A DNA stretch of 64,000 bases, taken from NCBI GenBank assembly GCA_965223855.1, contig CBDCXM010000009.1, positions 2,368,001 to 2,432,000 of the forward strand. The letters run 5' to 3'. The translations under genes and the position numbers were made by a program. This document shows positions 37,374 to 46,958 of the stretch, piece after piece. The notes under the pieces were generated by a model, which ran no database searches, had not been told where the DNA came from, and worked only from the letters and a program-made list of their open reading frames with translations. Each line of letters starts with the position of its first letter. Position 1 is the stretch's first letter. This stretch comes from Candidatus Multivoradales bacterium. GTDB lineage: Bacteria > Acidobacteriota > Thermoanaerobaculia > Multivoradales > JAHEKO01.

Positions 37374-37748
37374 ATGACCGACCCGCAGCATCCCGATGTC
37401 TACCTCGCGGCCCTTCCCGAGGACTGGCGCGCGCGGACTCTCCTCGAGCTGCGTTCTATCGTGCTCGAAGCCGGGCCCGACCTCGCCGAGGGGATCGAGT
37501 ACGGCATGCTCGCCTACGCGCTGGGAGAAAGGCGGGTGTTTCATCTCCACGCCCAGAGCGGCTATGTCAGTCTGTACGTCGGCGACATCGCCAAGGTCGA
37601 TCCCGGCGGGAAGCTGCTGGCCGGCCTCGACCTCGGCAAGGGGTGCATCCGTTTCCGGAAGAGCAACCCGGTCGCGGAGACCGGGGTCGCCCCGTTCGTC
37701 GAGGCAACGCTGAGGCGCGCTCGCGCCGGGCTGGACATCGACTGCTAA
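37374..37748 (+). CDS. DUF1801-domain protein
   Basis: 'YLAALP', 'EGIEYGMLAY', 'YVSLY', 'GKGCIRF'. Confidence 0.85.
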   Translation: MTDPQHPDVYLAALPEDWRARTLLELRSIVLEAGPDLAEGIEYGMLAYALGERRVFHLHAQSGYVSLYVGDIAKVDPGGKLLAGLDLGKGCIRFRKSNPVAETGVAPFVEATLRRARAGLDIDC

Positions 37749-37753
37749 AAGGC

Positions 37754-37897
37754 GAAGGAGTGCCGGGAAGGCGCCTCGGAATCGCAGTTTTCTCAATCCA
37801 AGCCCCGCGCGTAGGCCCCGGAGGAAACCCTGGAGCCGAAGTTTGAGTATCCTTCCCAGGGGCAGTCACCCTGCCGAGACGGCGCCGACCGCCCTTC
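37754..37897 (-). ncRNA. Rod-shaped structured RNA, probable 6S RNA
   Basis: Hand-folded nested stems with central asymmetric bubble; G-U wobbles only on the minus strand; U-run 3' of the closing stem. Confidence 0.55.
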
Positions 37898-37964
37898 CTA
37901 GACCCTGTCCGCACCCACGACCCCGGTCCACATAGATCACCCCGCACTCACGGAGACCGTCCGC

Positions 37965-38504
37965 ATGCACAGAAAGTTCGCAACCCTCGCCCTCGCCCCG
38001 GCAGTTGCCGTCCTCGTACTTGCTGGAGGCAGCGCGCCTCTCGGCGCGCAGGCGGCGACCATCAACATCGCCGTCGTCGACCTGGATCTCGTGGTCGCCC
38101 GATCGGCAGCCGGCAAGGCGCTTCAGGCTCGCCTGGAAGCCTTCGAGCAGGAGGTGCGCGGTGAAGTCGACAGGCTGAACCAGGAGGCCCAGGCCATTCG
38201 CCAACGGGTCGCCGAGGGGGCTCAGTCGCTGAGCGAGGAGCAGCTCGGTGAGCTCCAGAAGGACTACGAGGACAAGCTCCTCGCGCTAAGAAGGCTGCGC
38301 GACGACAAGCAGCGCGAAGGGCAGAAGATCAGGGACGAGAGCCTGCGGCAGATCGAGAAGGACCTGGAACCCATCTTCGCGCAGGTGCGCGACGAAGGGG
38401 CCTACGACCTGATTCTCAACAACGTGCCGGGCGTGGTCGTGATGGCCGGACCGCGGGTGGACATCAGCGAGCTGATTCTCCAGCGGTTCGACGCGGCGCA
38501 GTAG
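37965..38504 (+). CDS. skp: OmpH/Skp periplasmic chaperone
   Basis: Signal peptide, 'IAVVD', coiled coil, 'YDLIL', 'VDISELIL'. Confidence 0.85.
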   Translation: MHRKFATLALAPAVAVLVLAGGSAPLGAQAATINIAVVDLDLVVARSAAGKALQARLEAFEQEVRGEVDRLNQEAQAIRQRVAEGAQSLSEEQLGELQKDYEDKLLALRRLRDDKQREGQKIRDESLRQIEKDLEPIFAQVRDEGAYDLILNNVPGVVVMAGPRVDISELILQRFDAAQ

Positions 38505-38621
38505 CGGTCGGGGGCGAGGTCCGGCTCGCCCCGGCGCTTGCGCGTGGTGGGGCCGGCGAGAGCCCCTGTTCCGGAACTTCGTCGCACGAGCCGTCGATGA
38601 GGGGTGGCAGCGCTGCCCGGG

Positions 38622-39464
38622 TCAGTTCGAGGCGCCGGGGTCGGACACCGACTTCAGGAAGCCTGCGAGCAGCTCGCTGACCTCCTGCGGCCGATCGATC
38701 GTCGAAAGGTGGCCGGCGTGCGGCACGATCTCGAGTCGCGCGCCGGGAATGCCGTCGGCCATCACGCGGGCGCGCGGCACCGGTTGGGCGTGATCGTGCT
38801 CTCCGACGATCACGAGGGTCGGCAGATCGATTTCGCCGAGGCGCCCGGCTACCGAGTCGCGCCGGAAGATCGCGCGGCCGAAGCGGATGAGAGCGTGGCG
38901 GTCGTTGGCCATCATGCGCTCCCTCCACAGCGCCATCTCGTCGTCGCGCTCCGGATCGCGGAGGGTGTCGGGCGAGAACATGATCCGTTGCACGCTCGTC
39001 ATCAGCGGGCCGTAGCCGAGGATCCGGAGGACCTGGAACATGGCGCCGTACTTGAGTCTGCGGGCCGGCGGCTCGAGCTCGGCGGAAGTGGCCATCAGGA
39101 CCAGGCTCCGTAGCAGCTCGGGTCGCTCGAGGGCGATCCGCAGGCCGACGAAGCCGCCGGTCGAGAGGCCGATGAAGTGACACGGCGCGGCGCCGGTGTG
39201 CTCGATGAAGCCGATCGCATCGTCGACCATGTCCCGGAGCTCGTATCGGCTCTCGCCGCCGTCATGCAGCCGACTCCTCCCGTGCTCGCGGTGGTCGTAG
39301 GCGAGCACGCGATAGTCGCGCGAGAGCCGCTCGATCTGGTGGTCGAACTGGCGGTGATCGACCAGATAACTGTGCGAAAGGACGACCGTCTCGTTGCCGT
39401 CGCCGCGCTCGGCATAGGCGAGGTCGACGCCGTCGAGGGAGAGCGTGGAAGGTTGATGGCTCAT
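38622..39464 (-). CDS. Alpha/beta hydrolase (enol-lactonase-like)
   Basis: 'YDHREHGRS', GLSTG, 'VGEHD', 'AGHLS'. Confidence 0.88.
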   Translation of the reverse strand: MSHQPSTLSLDGVDLAYAERGDGNETVVLSHSYLVDHRQFDHQIERLSRDYRVLAYDHREHGRSRLHDGGESRYELRDMVDDAIGFIEHTGAAPCHFIGLSTGGFVGLRIALERPELLRSLVLMATSAELEPPARRLKYGAMFQVLRILGYGPLMTSVQRIMFSPDTLRDPERDDEMALWRERMMANDRHALIRFGRAIFRRDSVAGRLGEIDLPTLVIVGEHDHAQPVPRARVMADGIPGARLEIVPHAGHLSTIDRPQEVSELLAGFLKSVSDPGASN

Positions 39465-39602
39465 GCGGTTTCCCGGGTGGAGTTCCCTTCGAGGATACCG
39501 CTTCGATGGAGAGCGACAGGAGTCGGTGGAGAAGGAATGTCCTGCGAAGACCTGGAGTTTTCGATTGCGGACCGCTCGATGCGTCCGTGGAGGCATCCCC
39601 CG

Positions 39603-40271
39603 ATGCGACTCGCAGCCTGTCTGACTCTCGCCGCCCTGACTTCTTCAGCCGCCTGGCCGGCCGAGGAGGATCCACACTGGTATCTGGAGGGGCAGTTCGG
39701 CACCGCGGCGCTCGACACCCGGCTCGGCGTCTCGCGCTTCAAGTTCTTCGATGACGACTCCTCGGTGGCCGGCATCGAGGTCGGCTACTCGTTCGGTGAG
39801 CACTTCGCTCTCCAGGGCGGATACCACGACCTGGGGAGCTACCTCGGCGACGGTGCTCTGTGTCCCGACCGCTCCGAGGTTTGCATCGAGCCGCTGGTGC
39901 GCGCCTTCGGCGGCATCTTTATCGACCTCGACGATGCGGCGCTCCAGCGGTGCGCAGACGTCGGCTGCGACTTCGTCGCGGTGGCGCTGACCGCCGAGTC
40001 CACTGCGTGGTCGCTCGCGGCGATGCCGCGCCTGCCGCTCTCCGAGCGGTTGGCCGTGCGCGGCCGGGTCGGCGTCATGGTCTGGGAGACCGAGATCTCC
40101 GCCGGCTTCGGCCTCGGGCGCTTCGACAGCTTCTCGGGTGAGGATCTCGTGGCCGGAGTCGGTCTCGAGATCGGGCTTGTGGATCGACTCGAGGCGATCG
40201 TCGAGTACCGGACGACCGACTTCGATCTCGACCTGGTGACCGGCGGCGTCGTCTGGCGCCTGCCTCGCTAG
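39603..40271 (+). CDS. Outer-membrane beta-barrel protein (OmpA-like TM domain)
   Basis: Signal peptide; 'VGYSF..FALQGGYHDLG'; amphipathic strands; Cys-paired loop. Confidence 0.8.
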   Translation: MRLAACLTLAALTSSAAWPAEEDPHWYLEGQFGTAALDTRLGVSRFKFFDDDSSVAGIEVGYSFGEHFALQGGYHDLGSYLGDGALCPDRSEVCIEPLVRAFGGIFIDLDDAALQRCADVGCDFVAVALTAESTAWSLAAMPRLPLSERLAVRGRVGVMVWETEISAGFGLGRFDSFSGEDLVAGVGLEIGLVDRLEAIVEYRTTDFDLDLVTGGVVWRLPR

Positions 40272-40364
40272 GTCGCGCAAACCTCGACCGCTCGTTCGCC
40301 CCTGCTTCGAAGGCGTGGCTTGAAGTGGGCCCGTCGAGGTGCCTCTCCTGATAGAAGAGGCGCG

Positions 40365-41756
40365 ATGACCGCGAAGAAGGCAGGTGAGGGGGGCGGTACG
40401 GGGAGCGCGACCGGGACGGGGAGCAGACGGCCGTCGGACGCCGCATGGCTCCTGTGTCTCGGGTTGTGCTTTGCCGGATTCCTGCTCTCCTGGGCGATCT
40501 GGGCTCCCGGGTTCATGAGCCCCGATTCCCATCATCAGTGGAGTCAGGTGAAGTCGGGTGAGTACGTCGACGATCACCCGACCATCATGGTGCTGCTGTG
40601 GCGAGCGATCCGTCTGTTTCACGATGGGCCGACCGGCCTGTTCTTTCTTCATCTGAGCGTCTTCTGGCTGGCGCTGATGTCGTTGAGCCGGCTCCTCGGG
40701 CCGAGGGGCGGCGCCTGGCCCTTTGCGGCATTGATGGTCGGTTTCGCTCCTCCTGTGTTCGGCAGTCTGGGTGCCATCTGGAAGGACATCGGCCTGGGGA
40801 TCGCGCTGCTGGCGGCACTCGCCCTGACAGGGCGCCTCTACCAGCGCTTCTCGTGGCGCCATCTGGCGCTGGCGGCGATGCTGCTCTTCTACGCCCAGAA
40901 TGTTCGACACAACGCGCCTCCGGCGGTCTTGCCGTTCTGGATCGCGCTCGCGCTCGTCGTGCTGCGGCACCTCGGAAGGCCGGCATCACCCTGGCGAGTC
41001 GGGTTCGCCGGCGTAGCGATGCTGGCCGTCGCTTCGATCGGATACAAGTCCTTCGAGACAGTGGTTCTCCGGCCCGAGAAGACCTACTTCGTCCAGAATC
41101 TGATGCTCCACGATCTCGCCGCGCTCTCGACGGCCAAGGGAGAGCTGCTGATTCCCGAACCACACCGTGGACAGGACTGCACCGTGGCGAGCGTCGCCGA
41201 GACCTATCGCGGCGATGGGCGCTGCTACGACACCTTCTTCTACGGCAAGAACGCACTACAACGGGTCCCCACGGGCGAGGCGACCGAGTCGCTGAGGCGG
41301 ATCTGGTGGCGGGAGGTGAGAGCCCGGCCGGGCGTCTACCTGAAGCATCGCTGGCGCTTCTTCGTCGGCACGCTCGGCTGGGGCCAGGGGCCCTGCCGGG
41401 CGCATCAGATCCTCCACCTTCCGACCCCTCCCCCCTCTCCCGGCATCGGCGTGAGCCCGGTGCGGGCGGCGCAGTGGTCCTTCCTTCATTTCGAGAAGTG
41501 GGGGCTCTTCTTCGAGCCCTGGTTCTATCTGGCGGCCTCTTCGCTCCTCTTCGCGCTCGGGCTGAAACTCGAGGACGGCGTCGGCCGCGCCGTGATGCTG
41601 ACGGCCTCGTCGTCCTCGGTTCTCTACCTGCTGCCGTACTTCTTCGTTACCGTCTGCTGCGACTTCAGGTACAGCTGGTGGGCGGCGCTCTCCAGCCTGA
41701 TGGCAGGGCTGTTCTACCTTTCGAGTCGACCCTGGGCGCGGGGGCGTGCGAGATGA
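40365..41756 (+). CDS. Polytopic membrane protein, DUF6020-like, putative GT-C glycosyltransferase
   Basis: 'PGFMSPDS..Q..DDHP', 'WKD', 'RHNA', 'DFRY'. Confidence 0.65.
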   Translation: MTAKKAGEGGGTGSATGTGSRRPSDAAWLLCLGLCFAGFLLSWAIWAPGFMSPDSHHQWSQVKSGEYVDDHPTIMVLLWRAIRLFHDGPTGLFFLHLSVFWLALMSLSRLLGPRGGAWPFAALMVGFAPPVFGSLGAIWKDIGLGIALLAALALTGRLYQRFSWRHLALAAMLLFYAQNVRHNAPPAVLPFWIALALVVLRHLGRPASPWRVGFAGVAMLAVASIGYKSFETVVLRPEKTYFVQNLMLHDLAALSTAKGELLIPEPHRGQDCTVASVAETYRGDGRCYDTFFYGKNALQRVPTGEATESLRRIWWREVRARPGVYLKHRWRFFVGTLGWGQGPCRAHQILHLPTPPPSPGIGVSPVRAAQWSFLHFEKWGLFFEPWFYLAASSLLFALGLKLEDGVGRAVMLTASSSSVLYLLPYFFVTVCCDFRYSWWAALSSLMAGLFYLSSRPWARGRAR

Positions 41757-43099
41757 AGTCGGTCCCTGCACGCCGTCTCCTTCCCGCCGCCGGCCTCGTG
41801 CTCGCGCTCGTTCTGCTGTTCGCTGTTCCGCCTGGCCTCTTCCGCCGGCCGAGCCTTCGGATCGACGAGCAGCAGCTCGAGGAGCCGCGCTGGGAGTTTC
41901 CGGAGGCGAGGACCTACGAGGTCGAGTTCGTCTGGCAGCCGACGATCTGGCAACGGCCGCAGCTCGAGTTCTGGGTCGACGATTGCCTGCGCTCGATCGT
42001 CATCAACGACGTCGACCTTTCCGCCCTGCTCGGGTACTGCGACTTCGTCGGCTCGCGGAAGCTCGACCTCGGCCCTCTGCTGGTCGATGGACGTGCCCAT
42101 CTGCGAGTCCAGGTCGAGAATCTCGGCGGTCCGGGCGGCATGACCGTCCACGGGGTGGCGAACGAGTTTCTCGCCACCTGGAGATACCTGGTGAGCTTCG
42201 GTCTCCTGCTCTGGTGGCTCCACCGTCCGGGTGAGGAACCCGGGGCCGGCGAGCCCGACACCGGAGCCTGGAGACGGCGCACGAGAGGCGTCGGGGCGGC
42301 CCTGGCGGCGGCAGCGGTCGTAGCCGGATTCTTCTGGCTGGGGTCTCGCTCGGACGGCGCCCGGGACGGCTCGCACTCCCGGTCCGAGGGCGAGAGAGCA
42401 CCGCCTTCGATCGCCGAGGACAAGGAGCTCAACCCGCGGATTCTCGTCGCCGGCGGAGAGTTCCTCATGGGCAGCCCGGAGGGTGTCGCCTATGAAGACG
42501 AGCGTCCTGTCCGCCGGGTGCGGATCTCGAGCTTCCGAATGCAGCGCTACGAGGTCACCAACGAGGAGTACCTGCGCTTCCGCCCCGGCCATCGCTTCCT
42601 CCCCGGGCAGGAGCGCTACCCGGCGGTGAACGTGACCTGGGAGGACGCCCGCGCCTACGCACGATGGCTCGGCGGCAGTCTGCCGACCGAGGCGCAGTGG
42701 GAGTTTGCCGCTCGGGGGCCACGGGGGCGCAAGTACCCCTGGGGCGACGAGCCACCCGATTGCTCGAGAGCGAACTTCAACGACTGCGGCTGGCGGCTCG
42801 CCCCTGTCGGCGGCCGACCGGCCGGAGCCACGAGGGGCGGGATCGAAGACCTGGCTGGTAATGTCTGGGAGTGGTGCACCGACTGGTACGCCGACCGGTA
42901 TCCGTCGCCCGGTTCGCCCGAAGCGGTAACGGATCCGACCGGTGCGCCCTCGGGCTGGGAGCGGGTGATGCGGGGCGGCTCCCTCATCGGCGGTCCCGGT
43001 CACCTGAGAGGCGCCTATCGCGGCTCCTACAACCCGGGCTTCCTGGGGCACGACATCGGCTTCCGGGTGGTTTGGCCGGAGGAGCGGGAGTCTCCGTGA
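41753..43099 (+). CDS. Membrane-anchored FGE/SUMF1-family protein
   Basis: 'FLMGS', 'YEVTN', 'LPTEAQWEFAARG', 'GNVWEW', 'IGFR'. Confidence 0.88.
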   Translation: MKSVPARRLLPAAGLVLALVLLFAVPPGLFRRPSLRIDEQQLEEPRWEFPEARTYEVEFVWQPTIWQRPQLEFWVDDCLRSIVINDVDLSALLGYCDFVGSRKLDLGPLLVDGRAHLRVQVENLGGPGGMTVHGVANEFLATWRYLVSFGLLLWWLHRPGEEPGAGEPDTGAWRRRTRGVGAALAAAAVVAGFFWLGSRSDGARDGSHSRSEGERAPPSIAEDKELNPRILVAGGEFLMGSPEGVAYEDERPVRRVRISSFRMQRYEVTNEEYLRFRPGHRFLPGQERYPAVNVTWEDARAYARWLGGSLPTEAQWEFAARGPRGRKYPWGDEPPDCSRANFNDCGWRLAPVGGRPAGATRGGIEDLAGNVWEWCTDWYADRYPSPGSPEAVTDPTGAPSGWERVMRGGSLIGGPGHLRGAYRGSYNPGFLGHDIGFRVVWPEERESP

Positions 43100-43130
43100 G
43101 TCTCGGCCCGGCGTGGGCCCACCAGGGGCC

Positions 43131-44978
43131 ATGAACGTCCTCGGACTCATCTTCCACCGGGACTTTCCCCACCCTGCCGCCTGCCTGCTGCGCGACGGCG
43201 ATCTGGTGGCGCTGGGGGAGGAAGAGCGTTTCGTCCGGGTGAAGGGGGCAAAGGGGTTCTTCCCCGGGCGCGCGATCCGCTACTGCCTGGACGAAGGCGG
43301 CCTCTCACTCGCCGACGTCGACCAGATCGCCTTCGGCTGGGACGCGAGCAAGTATCGCTGGCGCTATCCGCTCTTCCTGGCGCGCAGTTTCCTGAGCCAT
43401 CGCCTCTTCGGGAGGAGGGCACGGCCGCGTCGGAGTTCCGGAGAGCGTGGCGCCGGTGGCGGACCGCGACAGGGCTCTGCCGTCCTGGACGGTCTCCGCG
43501 ACCTCCTCGCCACCCACCCTCGGAGTCTCGGGCAGAGCCTCGCCTTCGGCTTCCGTGAAGCGGGATTTCACGGCGAGTTGCCGCCGATCTCCTTTCTCGA
43601 TCATCACGAGTGCCACGCGGCGACCGCCTACTACTGCTCGGGCTTCGACGAGAGCGCTGTACTCGTCTTCGATGGGCACGGCGAGGAGAACACGGTCACG
43701 ATCTGGAAGGGCGAAGGCGACCGGTTGACCCGACTTCGCAGGGTGGTCATCCCGCACTCCCTCGGCTGGTTCTACGCCATGTTCACCGAGTACCTGGGAT
43801 GGGACCCGAACGAGGGTGAGGTCAAGCTCATGGGGTTGGCTCCGTTCGGCGAACCGAACGCCGAGCTTCGCGAGGTGGTCGATTCGATTCTGCGGCTCAC
43901 CCCGGAGGCGATCGAGGTCGATGCCGACTACCTCTTCTACCGTCCGCGCAGCTACGGGCGCTTCTTCAGCGATCTGCTGGTCGAGAGGTTGGGGCCGCCG
44001 CGCGGGCGGGACGACGAGGTCACCGACCGCCATCGCGACATCGCTGCCGCGGTGCAGGCGCGACTCGAGCAGGCCGGCGTCCACCTGGCACGGATCGCAC
44101 TCGAGGCGGCCGGCTCGGCCAACCTCTGCCTGGCGGGCGGAGTGGCGCTCAACTGCAAGATGAACGGCCACCTGCACGCCCTGGGGCTCGCCGAGAAGCT
44201 CTTCGTGCAACCGGTCTCGTACGACGCCGGTGTCGCGCTGGGTGCCGCGCAACTCGTCGCCCGTCGCGGCGGAGACGAGGTGCGCTCACGGATGCGCCAC
44301 GTTCAGTACGGCCCGGCCTTCGGCGCCGACGAGATCGAGACGGTGCTGCGGCGGAACCGCATCGACTTCCGGCGCAGCAGCGACGTGGCGGCGGAGACTG
44401 CGGAGTTCCTCGCGCAGGGCAGGATCGTCGCCTGGTTCCAGGGGCGGATGGAGGTCGGGCCTCGCTCCCTCGGCGCTCGCTCGATCCTCGCCGATCCACG
44501 GGACCCCGCCATGAAGGACCGGGTCAACGACTCGGTCAAGTTCCGTGAGGCGTGGCGACCGTTCGCTCTCTCGCTGCTGGAGGAGTTCAAGGACGAGTAT
44601 CTCGAGAAACCCGCCGACTCGCCCTTCATGATCCTCGCCTTCGAGGTTGCGAAGGCCCGGCGTGGCGAACTGTCGAGCGCGATGCACTGGGTCGATCACA
44701 CGACGAGGCCCCAGACGGTGTCTCGCGAGACCCAACCGCTCTTCTGGGCGCTGATCGATCGGTTTCGCCGGCTCAGCGGCGTTCCGGGCGTGCTCAACAC
44801 CTCGTTCAATGTCAAGGGTGAGCCCGTGGTGTGCAGCCCTGACGATGCGCTCCGCTGCTTCTTCGGCACCGGGCTCGAAGTCCTGGTGATGGGCGACTTC
44901 GTCGTCGAGAAGGCGGCCCAGAGCCGGGGGACCGCTAGCCGGCGGCGCGACGCCGGTCTGCCGTCGACTTCATCGTGA
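43131..44978 (+). CDS. Carbamoyltransferase (NodU/CmcH family)
   Basis: 'EEERF', 'HHECHA', 'EVKLMGLA', 'AGGVALN', 'LNTSFN'. Confidence 0.95.
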   Translation: MNVLGLIFHRDFPHPAACLLRDGDLVALGEEERFVRVKGAKGFFPGRAIRYCLDEGGLSLADVDQIAFGWDASKYRWRYPLFLARSFLSHRLFGRRARPRRSSGERGAGGGPRQGSAVLDGLRDLLATHPRSLGQSLAFGFREAGFHGELPPISFLDHHECHAATAYYCSGFDESAVLVFDGHGEENTVTIWKGEGDRLTRLRRVVIPHSLGWFYAMFTEYLGWDPNEGEVKLMGLAPFGEPNAELREVVDSILRLTPEAIEVDADYLFYRPRSYGRFFSDLLVERLGPPRGRDDEVTDRHRDIAAAVQARLEQAGVHLARIALEAAGSANLCLAGGVALNCKMNGHLHALGLAEKLFVQPVSYDAGVALGAAQLVARRGGDEVRSRMRHVQYGPAFGADEIETVLRRNRIDFRRSSDVAAETAEFLAQGRIVAWFQGRMEVGPRSLGARSILADPRDPAMKDRVNDSVKFREAWRPFALSLLEEFKDEYLEKPADSPFMILAFEVAKARRGELSSAMHWVDHTTRPQTVSRETQPLFWALIDRFRRLSGVPGVLNTSFNVKGEPVVCSPDDALRCFFGTGLEVLVMGDFVVEKAAQSRGTASRRRDAGLPSTSS

Positions 44979-45765
44979 CGAAGTCGAAGCGCGGGGCGAG
45001 GGCGGCGAGCAGCGAGTCGAGCTTGCGCTCGTTGCGGACGCGTCCATAGTTGAGGATGAAGCGGTCGACGAGCGACGACCGGGAGCCTCCGGGTTCGCCG
45101 TGGCTCCGGTAGAACTCCCAGGGGTGGAAGTAGAGGAACGCCGGCCGGCCGGCGGCGATGAACCGTCGCAGGAGAGGGCTCGGAAGGAGCCGGAAGTAGA
45201 AGCCGCCGACCCACGGCCATCGCGGGAAGCCGATCCTCGGGAGCGGGATCTCGACGAGCCGCGATCGGTGAACGAAAGGACGGACGGGGAAGTTGCGGTC
45301 GCCGTAGAGACCGGTCTCGAACTGGCAGAAGCTGCTGTCGTACTCATAGCCCTCGGCCAGCAGCAGATCGAGGAACTCGAGATGCCGGCCATAGGGCACC
45401 GACCAGGACGGGCAGCGGAAACCGACCACTGCTCTCCCGGTCGCTTCCTCGAGGACCGCTTTCGACCGCCGCACCTCGTCGCGCCACGCCGCTTCGTCGA
45501 GCGTGGAGAAGAGTGGGTGCGAGCAGCTGTGCGAGGCGATCTCGTGGCCTCCGTCTGCGATCGCCCGGAGCGTCTCGGGGCCGAAGTCGTCTGAGACGAC
45601 GAAGAAGGTCGCCCGCGCGCGGTGGCGCTCGAGCAGCTCGATCAGGTCGTGAATCCTGGCGATGTCTCGATCGAGATCGCGATGGAGCTCGACCCCGGTC
45701 AGCAGATGCGCCCGACCCCACCACTCGGTGTCGAAGGTCAGGGCGAGAGGATGTTTCTCATCCAT
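44935..45765 (-). CDS. Polysaccharide deacetylase family (DUF3473-type)
   Basis: 'TFDTE', 'ATFFV', 'HEIASHSCSH', 'GFRCP', 'YDSS', 'YFHPWE'. Confidence 0.9.
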   Translation of the reverse strand: MDEKHPLALTFDTEWWGRAHLLTGVELHRDLDRDIARIHDLIELLERHRARATFFVVSDDFGPETLRAIADGGHEIASHSCSHPLFSTLDEAAWRDEVRRSKAVLEEATGRAVVGFRCPSWSVPYGRHLEFLDLLLAEGYEYDSSFCQFETGLYGDRNFPVRPFVHRSRLVEIPLPRIGFPRWPWVGGFYFRLLPSPLLRRFIAAGRPAFLYFHPWEFYRSHGEPGGSRSSLVDRFILNYGRVRNERKLDSLLAALAPRFDFVTMKSTADRRRAAG

Positions 45766-46126
45766 CGCTCGGGAGAGCGTCCCTGTCGGGCGGGGAGCCG
45801 TCTTCCGCCGTCGTCAGGGCGATGTGACGCACGAGCCGGGTGAGCTCGGCCTCCAGCCGCCGGGTCTTGCGGTAGAAGTAGAACGCCGCTGCCGGAAAGG
45901 CGAGCGCGAGGGTGTAGAGGACCAGGTCGGCGCCTCGCCCGACCCCCAGCGCGTGTGCGACGCTGGTCGTGATCTCGGGTCGCCACACGGCGATCGCCGC
46001 TGCGAACCAGAGCAGGGAGCGGGAGAGGGCGATCCACCGCGGTCGCTCGCCGAGCAGAAACCTCGCCGTGCTCGTGACGAAGAAGAGACCGGCGAGCGGG
46101 ATCACGACGATCTGGAAAAGCAACAT
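45758..46126 (-). CDS. DUF2304-family membrane protein
   Basis: 'LGVGRGADLVLY', 'LTRLVRHIAL'; coupled to the GT2 gene. Confidence 0.88.
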   Translation of the reverse strand: MLLFQIVVIPLAGLFFVTSTARFLLGERPRWIALSRSLLWFAAAIAVWRPEITTSVAHALGVGRGADLVLYTLALAFPAAAFYFYRKTRRLEAELTRLVRHIALTTAEDGSPPDRDALPSDG

Positions 46127-46818
46127 CAGCGCAGCTTCTCGAGAAGGACCTCGATCGCGATGCGAAACGCGTTGCTGGAGCGCTGCCCCTTGGCGATCGA
46201 GTACTCGGAGTAGCGGATCGTCACCGGAACCTCGACGTAACGCCACCGGTTCCGGGCAATCTGCTCCAGGATGTCGGAGGCGTGCGCCATCCGGTCCATT
46301 CCGATCGACAGTGTGCCGGCCGCTTCGCGGGAGAGGGCGCGAAAGCCGTTGTGGGCGTCGGTGATTCGCAGACCCGTGATGGCGCGGGTGAAGAGGACGC
46401 CGCACTTGAGGACGAGCCGGCGGGCCATCGGGACGCGGCTGTGGCGATCGAGAAATCTGGTGCCGATGGCCACGTCGCAGTGGCCGGCAGCGACCGGTGC
46501 GACGAGGTCCTCGATCTGTGTGGGATCGTGCTGCCCGTCGGCGTCGAAGGTCACGATGATGTCCGCCCCGAGATTCAAGGCGTGCCGGATTCCCGTTTCC
46601 AATGCTGCGCCCTGGCCGCGATTGACCACATGCCGCAGCCGGCTCGCGCCCAGTCCCTCGAGTTGCCGCCAGGTGCCGTCGGAGGAGCCGTCGTCCACCA
46701 CGACCACTCGCCAACCGCGCGACAGCACCTCCCGAACGACGGCACGAATCACCCGGGCCTCGTTGAAGGCGGCGATGACCACTTCGACGTGGGGGCGGGA
46801 TTCTGGATGGGCGGCCAT
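46126..46818 (-). CDS. GT2 glycosyltransferase (polyprenol-phosphate glycosyltransferase-like)
   Basis: 'AFNE', 'VDDGSSD', 'NRGQGAAL', 'FDADGQH', 'TDAHNGFR'. Confidence 0.92.
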   Translation of the reverse strand: MAAHPESRPHVEVVIAAFNEARVIRAVVREVLSRGWRVVVVDDGSSDGTWRQLEGLGASRLRHVVNRGQGAALETGIRHALNLGADIIVTFDADGQHDPTQIEDLVAPVAAGHCDVAIGTRFLDRHSRVPMARRLVLKCGVLFTRAITGLRITDAHNGFRALSREAAGTLSIGMDRMAHASDILEQIARNRWRYVEVPVTIRYSEYSIAKGQRSSNAFRIAIEVLLEKLR

Positions 46819-46958
46819 CGGCGGTGGGCGAGCGGGAAGACGCTCGGCGTCACTATCCTGTCAGCGTAGCTTGCTGCTGTAACCCCCGGGCGAGCAGGAA
46901 GTCGATCGGGGAATTCGAAGGATCGCCTCCTGCCCGCCATCCAATCTCGCGGGGGCCC

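Noticed and set aside
37754-37897. Cobalamin riboswitch, SRP RNA or tRNA-Sec interpretations of the structured RNA
   Set aside because: GGGAAGG is present but the B12 box is absent; no SRP domain IV motif; no T-loop or CCA end
38511-38532. Hairpin after skp as a terminator
   Set aside because: 8-bp stem but no U-tract on either strand
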